DNA from: an uncultured Acholeplasmataceae bacterium
GTDB taxonomy: Bacteria; Bacillota_I; Bacilli_A; Acholeplasmatales; Acholeplasmataceae
Assembly: GCA_963541505.1 (NCBI GenBank)
Contig: CAUTSJ010000003.1
Coordinates: 590-64,589, forward strand
Direction: 5' to 3'
DNA length: 64,000 bases
The position numbers were made by a program, and so were the translations under genes. Shown one piece after another: positions 19,823 through 27,766 of the stretch; positions within the stretch are counted from its first letter, which is position 1, and each line of letters begins with the position of its first letter. Under the pieces are notes generated by a model. The model was not told the DNA's origin, ran no database searches, and saw only the letters and a program-made list of their open reading frames with translations.

Positions 19823-20808
19823 AATTCTATCGAACCACCTCACAATTTAGAGTTTTAATGCAAAGACTATTTACTCGCCAAAACTTAAAAGAACTTTTTT
19901 TTGTAGTTTTGGGTACTTTTATCACGGCTTTGCCAATTTACTTTATCTACAATCCTTTAAAGTTAGTGTCAGGTGGAGTTGGCGGAGTTGGTATTGTAAT
20001 TGAGTCTTTAACCAAAGGAGTTTTTAAAACCTCTTATACTTTTTGGATCGGCAACACGTTTGCCTTAATTTTGGCGCTAGTTGTTTTTGGTAAATTTTAC
20101 TTCTTTAAAACAATTGTTGGCTCACTTACTCTTCCTTTATTTATTTTAATTTTTGAGTTGTCTGTCTCACCGACTTATTTTGTTGAAAAACTATTTTTCT
20201 CAATTGACAAAAAATCACTAACTATCGTAAACAACGAAATTAACGTCTCGCAACTGCCAACTTCTATAATTTTAATCTGCGTCGCGCTTGGTGCTTTTTT
20301 GACAGCCTTTGGTCTCTACATTGTCTTTAGAAACAATGGGTCAACTGGAGGTTTCGACGTTATACAAAAAGTCGCGCACAAATACGCCAAAGTTCCGTAT
20401 TCTGTGGCAATTTATGCAACTGACGGAATCATTGCTCTTTCTTCTATTTTAACTGGAGTAACTAGGCTATACATCGGATTCTTTGGTTTCTTTACAATAT
20501 TTTTAATTGGCTACTTGATTGACTTCTTTTCTTTTAGAGCCAAAAAAGCATTCACGGCCTACATTATTTCTGAAAACTCAAAAGCACTAGAAGCCGCTAT
20601 CTTTAAACGTTTCTCTCGCACCTATACCTTAATTCCGGTTAAAGGTGGGTATTCTGGCAAGGCTAAAAACATGGTTGTCTTTACAATTGACAAAACTCAA
20701 ATCCACGCTCTGCGTGAACTGCTTATGGTATTTGACCCACACGCTTTTAGCTATATTCAGGAAAACTGCGATATTATTGGCGCTGGTTTTAAAAACCATG
20801 ACTTTTAA
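19819..20808 (+). CDS. YitT-family membrane protein (DUF2179-type C-terminus)
   Basis: 329 aa, multi-TM N-terminal part with GGxGG segments and a soluble C-terminal domain, as in the YitT family. Confidence 0.65.
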   Translation: MKFYRTTSQFRVLMQRLFTRQNLKELFFVVLGTFITALPIYFIYNPLKLVSGGVGGVGIVIESLTKGVFKTSYTFWIGNTFALILALVVFGKFYFFKTIVGSLTLPLFILIFELSVSPTYFVEKLFFSIDKKSLTIVNNEINVSQLPTSIILICVALGAFLTAFGLYIVFRNNGSTGGFDVIQKVAHKYAKVPYSVAIYATDGIIALSSILTGVTRLYIGFFGFFTIFLIGYLIDFFSFRAKKAFTAYIISENSKALEAAIFKRFSRTYTLIPVKGGYSGKAKNMVVFTIDKTQIHALRELLMVFDPHAFSYIQENCDIIGAGFKNHDF

Positions 20809-20891
20809 AAAAACATACTTTTTTAAAATAAGCAATAGTTTTTAAAATTAAAATTTGTATAATAAAGATAGGTTTTTAAATTATTTTAGTT

Positions 20892-21668
20892 ATGGAATTA
20901 AAACTACAAAAAACTAAATCCAAAATTTATTTAATTACAACAAAGGTCAAACAAGAAATTCATCTTAAAACTCTAAAGGCCTTTCCAGATTTTTTTGCGG
21001 ACATTGAAGCAAATCAAGGACAACTTAAAGAAGTACTTGAGGCAAATAACTTCCACTTAGCCTACGAAAAGGCCATGCATAGACTAGACCGTTCAGATTT
21101 AACAGAGGCTGAAGTCATTGCTTTTTTGAGCAAAAAAGGTTTTTCAAAAAACTGTGCGCAAGCAGTTCTTTCTGAACTGAAAGCCAAGAACTATGTTTCT
21201 AACGAAAGATACACCGAACTTTTTATTAAGTTAAAATCCAGTAAATACTCAAACCGAATAATTGAGGCCAGACTTCTTGAAAAAGGTGTGGCTAGAAAAA
21301 CTATCCATGATGCTTTTTTAAAAGTCCAGTACGATGAAGAAAAAACTTTAAGCAAACAAATTGACAAAAAACTCACGCAAATCAACGGACCCTTTTTAAC
21401 TTATAAATCAAAAACTATTGCTCACTTTATTAGAAAAGGGTTTTCAGCGGAACTTGTAGAACGCCTGGTTTTAACAAAAGCTCGTGCTCTTAAGTACGAC
21501 GAAAAAAAATCACTTGAGCAAGATTACCGCAAGGTTTTTGCTAAGTTCGCACTGCTTTGTTCAGATAGAAAAAATCTGCAAAAACAAACAGCTCTGACTT
21601 TAATTAAAAAAGGATATTTAGCTGCCAACATCAAAATTGTTGAGCAAAACTTAGCATCTGAGTTTTAG
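20892..21668 (+). CDS. recX: RecX-like regulatory protein
   Basis: 258 aa of repeated three-helix units (..EAEVIAFLSKKGFSKNCAQAVLSELKAKNYVSNERY.. / ..IEARLLEKGVARKTI..) typical of RecX. An extended -10 TGTATAAT lies upstream at about 20857. Confidence 0.65.
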   Translation: MELKLQKTKSKIYLITTKVKQEIHLKTLKAFPDFFADIEANQGQLKEVLEANNFHLAYEKAMHRLDRSDLTEAEVIAFLSKKGFSKNCAQAVLSELKAKNYVSNERYTELFIKLKSSKYSNRIIEARLLEKGVARKTIHDAFLKVQYDEEKTLSKQIDKKLTQINGPFLTYKSKTIAHFIRKGFSAELVERLVLTKARALKYDEKKSLEQDYRKVFAKFALLCSDRKNLQKQTALTLIKKGYLAANIKIVEQNLASEF

Positions 21669-21682
21669 GTAAAAAAACAGCC

Positions 21683-21758
21683 GGTAGCGTAGCTCAGCGG
21701 ATAGAGCACAAGTTTCCTAAACTTGGTGTCGAAGGTTCAATTCCTTTCGCTACCGCCA
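21683..21758 (+). tRNA. tRNA-Arg (anticodon CCT), CCA encoded
   Basis: Folds by hand into a 76-nt cloverleaf: acceptor GGTAGCG/CGCTACC, D-arm GCTC-AGCGGATA-GAGC, anticodon stem CAAGT/ACTTG with loop TTCCTAA (CCT), T-arm GAAGG-TTCAATT-CCTTT, discriminator G, CCA. Confidence 0.92.
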
Positions 21759-21796
21759 TTTAAACTTAAAAATTCATATACCCAATTTATAAAACT

Positions 21797-21850
21797 AAAC
21801 AGGTACTCACTTAAAAATAATTTTAAATTTTTTTTGAGTACCTGTTTTTT
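21797..21850 (+). terminator. Terminator hairpin after tRNA-Arg
   Basis: 13-bp perfect stem AAACAGGTACTCA / TGAGTACCTGTTT with a 25-nt AT loop and a trailing T-run. Confidence 0.6.
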
Positions 21851-22017
21851 ATTTGAGTGGCGTTTTGCTCAGCAAAATTTCTTTAAAAACACAACACACT
21901 TGTTTAAAAAATTAAAACTTTAGTGTATCAGTTGCTTAAAGTCTGTAATTTTTAGAAAAATACACAAACAGCCTTACTAAGCCATTTGTCTATATTTTGG
22001 CTGTGTCTTTTTTACTT

Positions 22018-22046
22018 TTGTATATCTAAAAGTTATATGCTAAAAT
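22018..22046 (+). promoter_or_regulatory. Candidate sigma-70-type promoter of the jetABC-like operon
   Basis: TTGTAT, 17-nt spacer ending in TGC, then TAAAAT (extended -10). An 8-bp hairpin follows in the leader: CGTGTTTG (22054-22061) / CAAACACG (22073-22080). Confidence 0.45.
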
Positions 22047-22095
22047 ACTTATGCGTGTTTGCGTGTGCCATTCAAACACGAAAAAAAGGAACTAA

Positions 22096-23568
22096 ATGAA
22101 AAAAATTTTTGATTACCTAAATCCTGCCTTTTTTAATGTTTTATCTTGTAAAAACAAACAAATTTATTTAGACTCACTTTTCATAATTTATGATGAATTT
22201 AAACACCTTGAAGGAACTTTTCAACTTGAGCGCAGCGACATTGTCCACAGACTAATTCAGTATTTTGAAGACGATGCAAATGCTGTGTTTGCAGTTGATG
22301 AACTGCCAAGTGAATACACAGAAGAAGGCGAGAATTTAACCCCTAGAAAAAAAGCCAACATCACTTTAAATTACTTAGTTAAGTGCGGTTGGATTGGCGA
22401 GGAAGACATTTGCGACTACAAACGTGCGATTTCTTTTTTCCCTTACTCAATTTCAATTTTAGAAGCCATCGCTTCCTTTAAATTTCAAATTAGCGCAGAA
22501 GAAGCAGAAACTGAAAAAGATGTTGAAGACTTCGTGTTTGACGAAGATATTTTTGCTGAAACCGAATACACCAGTGACATCTATACAATTTATACTTTAC
22601 TTAAAAACTTTGAAGTTGAGCAAGGCTTGCCAACTATAAACGAGTGTTACGAAAGAACAACTCGTTTAGTTGATAAACTAAAAACTCTTGGTGCAAACAT
22701 TTATAACTACTACTACAAATTAGTCAACGCCAAAGAAGAAATTTCGGTAGACGAAGTGCTTGACCAACTGCTGCATGATTACAAAAACAACTTCTTTGAC
22801 AAGTCCTACTACTTACTTAAAACCACCGAGTCTATTCCTAAATACAAGGTCTATATTCTTAAATACTTAAGAGATATTTTAACCTCAGATCCAATTATGG
22901 AAAAGTTGGCAGACCAACTAGTTGAACTTAAAAAAAGACCCGAGTTTACCAAAGAGTTTGCTTTTCAAGTCTTAGAGCACAGAATTCAGGCAATTCGCGA
23001 CTACTTTACTTCACTTGAAAACTTAATTTCTGAAATTGACATTAGAAATGAACGATATATTGGCGCGACTACCGCTAAGTTCTTGTATTTAACTAACCGT
23101 TCTGACGACATTGAAGGTATCTTTAACCGTGCATTTGACTTAATTTTAAACGAACCTAGTCGAGAAATAGACACCACTAAAATCTTTAACTTAATTCAAG
23201 CACGCAACCTAGACAACGAGTCTCTTTACAAAGAACGAGTTCTCAGAACTGAGGCCAAAGCCGCTGAGATGGAACTAGACGCTGAGTTTCCGTTTGAAAA
23301 ATACGAATTAGTTCAAGCATCAATGCTGAAACAAACTGATTTTGGGATGACAGAAATCGATAAATACGTGCAACTTCACTTAGCAGGACGCCCTGAAATG
23401 CAGGCTAAAACCTTGCCGCTTTCAACCGAAGTTGAATACGTTAAGTTAATTTTGATTTTTCTGTATTCCAACTCCAGTCAAGTTCACTTCCGAGTGGAAC
23501 TGGGTGATGAAAAAGTAGATATCAACGGAATTCGTTTTAAAGACTTTAAAATCTACAAAAAGAGGTAA
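22096..23568 (+). CDS. JetA/MksF-like kleisin-type subunit (candidate)
   Basis: 490-aa acidic protein, first gene of a tightly packed triplet. Its size and position match JetA (DUF3375-class) or MksF. No motif could be verified by eye. Confidence 0.55.
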   Translation: MKKIFDYLNPAFFNVLSCKNKQIYLDSLFIIYDEFKHLEGTFQLERSDIVHRLIQYFEDDANAVFAVDELPSEYTEEGENLTPRKKANITLNYLVKCGWIGEEDICDYKRAISFFPYSISILEAIASFKFQISAEEAETEKDVEDFVFDEDIFAETEYTSDIYTIYTLLKNFEVEQGLPTINECYERTTRLVDKLKTLGANIYNYYYKLVNAKEEISVDEVLDQLLHDYKNNFFDKSYYLLKTTESIPKYKVYILKYLRDILTSDPIMEKLADQLVELKKRPEFTKEFAFQVLEHRIQAIRDYFTSLENLISEIDIRNERYIGATTAKFLYLTNRSDDIEGIFNRAFDLILNEPSREIDTTKIFNLIQARNLDNESLYKERVLRTEAKAAEMELDAEFPFEKYELVQASMLKQTDFGMTEIDKYVQLHLAGRPEMQAKTLPLSTEVEYVKLILIFLYSNSSQVHFRVELGDEKVDINGIRFKDFKIYKKR

Positions 23569-23571
23569 AAA

Positions 23572-24195
23572 ATGGCAGAAAAACTAACTAAAGCAAAAGA
23601 ATTTATGCAAGAATATGAAAAACTCAAAGAAGGCGAACGCCATGAAATTACCCGAGTTATTAACAAACTTCTCCAAGTTAACTTCATAACTTGTCAAAAA
23701 GCATCAGATAAAAATGACTATCTATTTATTTTGGAAAACAAAGAAGTAATCGGTGCTCTACTTGCTTTGCTTGACTTTTCTTTGGAAATCAAAAGAGAAG
23801 CCGAAACACTTTTTATTGTAAACACTTCTGGCTATAATCGCTTAAGACTTAAGAAAAATGACACTGTAGTTCTGCTTATTTTAAGAATTCTTTTCCAAAG
23901 AGCGCTTGAGACCTCCACAATTTCTCAAGACATTGAAATTGAGTTAAAACAGGTGCATGACGAACTTGCTAGAATCGGGTTTTTAGACAAAAGAATTTCA
24001 AAAAAAGAACTAAGACCGGTTCTCCAAACCTTTAAGTCATACAACTTAATTGATTTTAAAGACCCTGATTTGCCAGACAGTTCAACAATTCGTATCTATA
24101 AAAGCATTTTATACGTAATTAACATCCAAGAGTTAAAGAACTTAACCATGGCTTTAGATGAACACACAGGTAATGTAAATGAAGAAGTTAACTAA
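23572..24195 (+). CDS. JetB/MksE-like small subunit (candidate)
   Basis: 207 aa, starting 3 nt after the previous stop and overlapping the next gene by 17 nt. Its size and position match JetB (DUF4194-class) or MukE-like proteins. Confidence 0.5.
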   Translation: MAEKLTKAKEFMQEYEKLKEGERHEITRVINKLLQVNFITCQKASDKNDYLFILENKEVIGALLALLDFSLEIKREAETLFIVNTSGYNRLRLKKNDTVVLLILRILFQRALETSTISQDIEIELKQVHDELARIGFLDKRISKKELRPVLQTFKSYNLIDFKDPDLPDSSTIRIYKSILYVINIQELKNLTMALDEHTGNVNEEVN

Positions 24196-27100
24196 AATTA
24201 AAATTATTAACTGGCACACCTTTCAAAACGTCACTCTAGACATTAAAGACAACATCCTTTTAAGTGGAGAAAATGGCTCTGGTAAGTCAACTCTACTAGA
24301 TGCCATGCAGTATGTTTTGGTGGGAGGCCGCCAAAACGCGCACTTTAATATCGCGGCAACCCCTGAGGCTAAGCGTACACTTGAGGGCTATATTCGTGGT
24401 AAATTGGGTGGTGAAAACAAGCAGTTTATCAGACCAGGCGACGTAATTACTCATATTGCTCTTGAGTTTTTTGACACTAGAGACGAAAAATACTCAATTA
24501 TTGGGGTAGTTATAGACCTACCACAAAGCTCTTCGCTTAAAGAGCGTTTTTACCGTATTAAGAACACGCGAATTGACGATGCTATGTACATTGAAGATAA
24601 GCGTCCACGTAACTTTAAGTCAATGCGCGACTACTTGGACTCAGCCCAAATTAAGTTTGAAGCATTTGACACCAACAAACAATACAAAGAAGCGCTTTCT
24701 GTATTTCTTGGAATTGACGGCTTAAAATACAGTAAACTGCTTCCCAAAGCCCTTGCTTTCAAGCCAATTGACCTGCAAAGTTTCATTTTTGAGTTTTTGC
24801 TTGACAACACACAAGTCAATATTTCTTCGCTTAAAAACAATGTTGCTGAACTTAAAAAAATAGAGGCAGAAATTAAAAAAGACCGCGAAAAAATCGAGGC
24901 TCTTGAAAAAATCCGTGTCTCTTCTGCCGAAATTAAAGCAGAAAAAGACGAAATCGCTGCCAACGACATTACTAAAAAAATCACTGAACTTAACTCAAAA
25001 GAAGCAATTATTAAACAATGTAGTTTAGAAAAACAACAAAATACTGCTTTGCTTTCAGAAATTTTGGACCAAATCACTGAATTAAAGACCCAAATTTTGG
25101 CCAAAGAAGAGACAATTAAGAACTTAGACCGCGCTCGCGGGTCTAACTCACTTGCCCAAACTCTAGACGGAATTTCTCGCGAAATTCAACGTACCAACAC
25201 ACAAATTGAGGCCGAGAAAATCAAGGCTAAAGACCTTGAAAACTCATTAATTCAAGAACTTGCAACCACTCAAGAACTGGCAAAACGCATCAAAACTAAC
25301 GAAATTTTAAAGAATTTCGCCAAAATGCACAGCCAAACTGCCTTTAAAGACATTGCTAAAGTCAAAGAAAACTTAGAGGCTATCGCTGAGTTTAAAGAAC
25401 TGCTGACAGAAGGCGCAAATGCTCGTATTTACAAACTAAACGAGCAGTCTGAAGCAATTCGAAAAGAAATTGCTCAACTTAAAGAAGAGCACTATAATCT
25501 TGAGCGAAACATTAAGATGTATCCACCACAAACTACAGCTTTAGTTGAAAAAATTAATGAAAAACTCAGCCAAAAATACCACCGTGAGTTTAATTTCCGT
25601 CCACTTTGTGACTTAATTGAAGTAAACGACGAAACTTGGCGAAATGTCGCTGAGGGTTATATTGGTAGAAACAAGTTCAACATCATCGTGGACCCTGAGT
25701 ATTTTGATGACGCACTAGAGGTCTACAACGAAGTTAGAACTACTTTAAATATTTTTGGAGTTGGTTTGGTAAACACTGGCAAAATCCCACAAACCCAAAC
25801 CGACAGCGACTCACTTGCTGGCAAGATTGACACCAGCCATACCTATGCTCGCGCTTACATTAACATGCTTTACAACAATGTAATTTGCGTTGCTACACCA
25901 AAAGAACTTAATAATTTCAGTCGCTCAGTTGAACCACTTGGAATGACTTACTCTAACTACACCGCCTCTCAACTAAACCCACAATCTTGGGCAAGAAAAC
26001 AGATCGGTATCACCGGTAACACTAAACAAAAAGAAATTATTTTAAGAGAAATTGAGCAAAAAACTCAAAATCTTGCCGTAATTTCTAAAGAAATTGGCGA
26101 AACTACTTATACTCGCCAACTTGCAGAGCGCTTAGCTGCTGCCCGAATTATTCAAGAAAACCGTTTTTCTGCATCAGACAATATCAAGATTTTTACAGGA
26201 AAAATCCAAGAATTACAGGCTCAAAAAGAAAACCTAGCAAAAGGTACTGACATTAAAGAAATTGAGACCCAAATTGACAAAGCAGAAAGCGAACGCAGCC
26301 AAATTCTTACTCAACACGAGGAGTTAATTACTCGCCGAGGTAGAATCGAGCAAGTTCTGCAAGACGTTGAAGTTCGCCGCAACCAAACTGAAGAAACCCA
26401 AGCGGTTTATAAACAAGAACTGGAAGAACTTAAGATTAACAACCCAGAACTACTTAGCGCTGCTAACACTAAATACAATGCACTGCTTAAACGACACGAA
26501 GATCCAACTAAGATAATTGAAGTTCTTGAAAGCAGTCAAACTAAACTCACAAACTCAGTTTCAAGACAAAGCGTCATGGTTTTAAAACTAATGTCTGACT
26601 ACTGCTTAAGATACAGTTTCGCAAAAGAACCGTTAATTGAAAACTTAACGGCATTTGAGGCTGAACAAAACGAAATTAAGAACCATAACTTAATAGTCTA
26701 CGAGCAAAAAGCCAAGGAACTAAGAGACTCGGCAGAAACTACTTTTAAAGAAGAGTTTGTAAATAAACTTGCCTCTTCAATTGAGCAGGCTAAACAACAG
26801 ATTGACGACTTAAATGTCGCACTTCAAGGCAAACGCTTTGGTAAAGATACCTATAAACTAATTTATAAAGCCGCTGAAGACCCAGACTTTGAGCGATACT
26901 ACAATCTACTTACTCGCAACCATGAGTTAAACAACACGCTATTTCAAGACAACTTAAACAAAACGCAAACTACAATTTTAGATGATTTGTTTAGACAAAT
27001 TTCGTCAACTGACCCTGCGATGGAAAAAACTGCGGCAAGATTACTTGACTACCGCAACTACATGAAATACGACATTGAAATTACTTCTGAGGACAACGTA

Positions 27101-27451
27101 GTTTCACTTTTTTCAAAAGTTTCTCGCGAAAAATCAGGTGGAGAGACCCAAGTTCCTTTCTATATCGTAATCGCGGCTTCCTTCCAACAATTGCTTTCAA
27201 GAAATAGAGGTGCTGGATCTGGCTGCCTAGTGCTGTTTGACGAGGCTTTCAACAACATGGACGAGTCTAGAATTAGTGCGATGATGACTTTCTACAACTC
27301 ACTAGCTATTCAGTTATTTATCGCTGTTCCTCCACAACGTGTGGCTAACATCATTCAATACGTTACAACTTCACTGACTGTCGTTAAACACAAAGAGCTT
27401 TCTTTTGTTAAAGAGTTTCAAAAAGAACCACTAATTAAAACAATTACCTAA
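24179..27451 (+). CDS. SMC-like ATPase, JetC/MksB/MukB-type
   Basis: 1090 aa. The N-terminal head is KIKIINWHTFQNV..LLSGENGSGKSTLLDAMQYVL (Walker A). About 800 aa of heptad-rich coiled coil follow. The C-terminal head carries KSGGETQ (signature-like) and LVLFDEAFNNMD (Walker B). Confidence 0.8.
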   Translation: MKKLTKIKIINWHTFQNVTLDIKDNILLSGENGSGKSTLLDAMQYVLVGGRQNAHFNIAATPEAKRTLEGYIRGKLGGENKQFIRPGDVITHIALEFFDTRDEKYSIIGVVIDLPQSSSLKERFYRIKNTRIDDAMYIEDKRPRNFKSMRDYLDSAQIKFEAFDTNKQYKEALSVFLGIDGLKYSKLLPKALAFKPIDLQSFIFEFLLDNTQVNISSLKNNVAELKKIEAEIKKDREKIEALEKIRVSSAEIKAEKDEIAANDITKKITELNSKEAIIKQCSLEKQQNTALLSEILDQITELKTQILAKEETIKNLDRARGSNSLAQTLDGISREIQRTNTQIEAEKIKAKDLENSLIQELATTQELAKRIKTNEILKNFAKMHSQTAFKDIAKVKENLEAIAEFKELLTEGANARIYKLNEQSEAIRKEIAQLKEEHYNLERNIKMYPPQTTALVEKINEKLSQKYHREFNFRPLCDLIEVNDETWRNVAEGYIGRNKFNIIVDPEYFDDALEVYNEVRTTLNIFGVGLVNTGKIPQTQTDSDSLAGKIDTSHTYARAYINMLYNNVICVATPKELNNFSRSVEPLGMTYSNYTASQLNPQSWARKQIGITGNTKQKEIILREIEQKTQNLAVISKEIGETTYTRQLAERLAAARIIQENRFSASDNIKIFTGKIQELQAQKENLAKGTDIKEIETQIDKAESERSQILTQHEELITRRGRIEQVLQDVEVRRNQTEETQAVYKQELEELKINNPELLSAANTKYNALLKRHEDPTKIIEVLESSQTKLTNSVSRQSVMVLKLMSDYCLRYSFAKEPLIENLTAFEAEQNEIKNHNLIVYEQKAKELRDSAETTFKEEFVNKLASSIEQAKQQIDDLNVALQGKRFGKDTYKLIYKAAEDPDFERYYNLLTRNHELNNTLFQDNLNKTQTTILDDLFRQISSTDPAMEKTAARLLDYRNYMKYDIEITSEDNVVSLFSKVSREKSGGETQVPFYIVIAASFQQLLSRNRGAGSGCLVLFDEAFNNMDESRISAMMTFYNSLAIQLFIAVPPQRVANIIQYVTTSLTVVKHKELSFVKEFQKEPLIKTIT

Positions 27452-27530
27452 ACTCCTGAGGCTGAGCAAAGCGCAGAAGAAGGTACAGAAAACCCAAGTC
27501 TTAACTAAGTTTTATGTTGACTTAATCTTA

Positions 27531-27561
27531 AAATCCAGTAGAGCGACTCTACTGGATTTTT
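27531..27561 (+). terminator. Intrinsic terminator after jetC-like gene
   Basis: 11-bp stem ATCCAGTAGAG / CTCTACTGGAT, 3-nt loop, T5 run. Confidence 0.8.
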
Positions 27562-27662
27562 GCTTACTATGGAAAATGGGACAAAACCACTAAAATTAGG
27601 TTAAAAAGCATCAGTTTGAGATTTTTATGGCTTACTTATCTAAAAAATCTCACACCAAACTA

Positions 27663-27671
27663 TGGTAAAAT
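27663..27671 (+). promoter_or_regulatory. Extended -10 element (TGgTAAAAT) upstream of the RNase J-like gene
   Basis: TGGTAAAAT read directly. The leader downstream contains a 10-bp hairpin TTTATCTTTG (27691-27700) / CAAAGATAAA (27716-27725). Confidence 0.35.
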
Positions 27672-27766
27672 ACATTAACAGCAAAAATCATTTATCTTTG
27701 TTTTTAAGGACAATACAAAGATAAATATATATTAAATTTAAAAAAATTATTTAAACGAGGTGTATT

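Noticed and set aside
21723-21923. 66-aa ORF downstream of recX
   Set aside because: It starts inside tRNA-Arg, runs through its terminator hairpin, and is composed of low-complexity AT-rich sequence.
27452-27766. Remnant of jetD, or an attR copy of the tRNA-Arg 3' end marking an island boundary
   Set aside because: Reading all frames by eye gave no Toprim-like or other extended ORF, and no copy of the tRNA 3' segment (GGTTCAATTCCTTTCGCTACC) was seen. Island boundaries are therefore not supported by the sequence alone.
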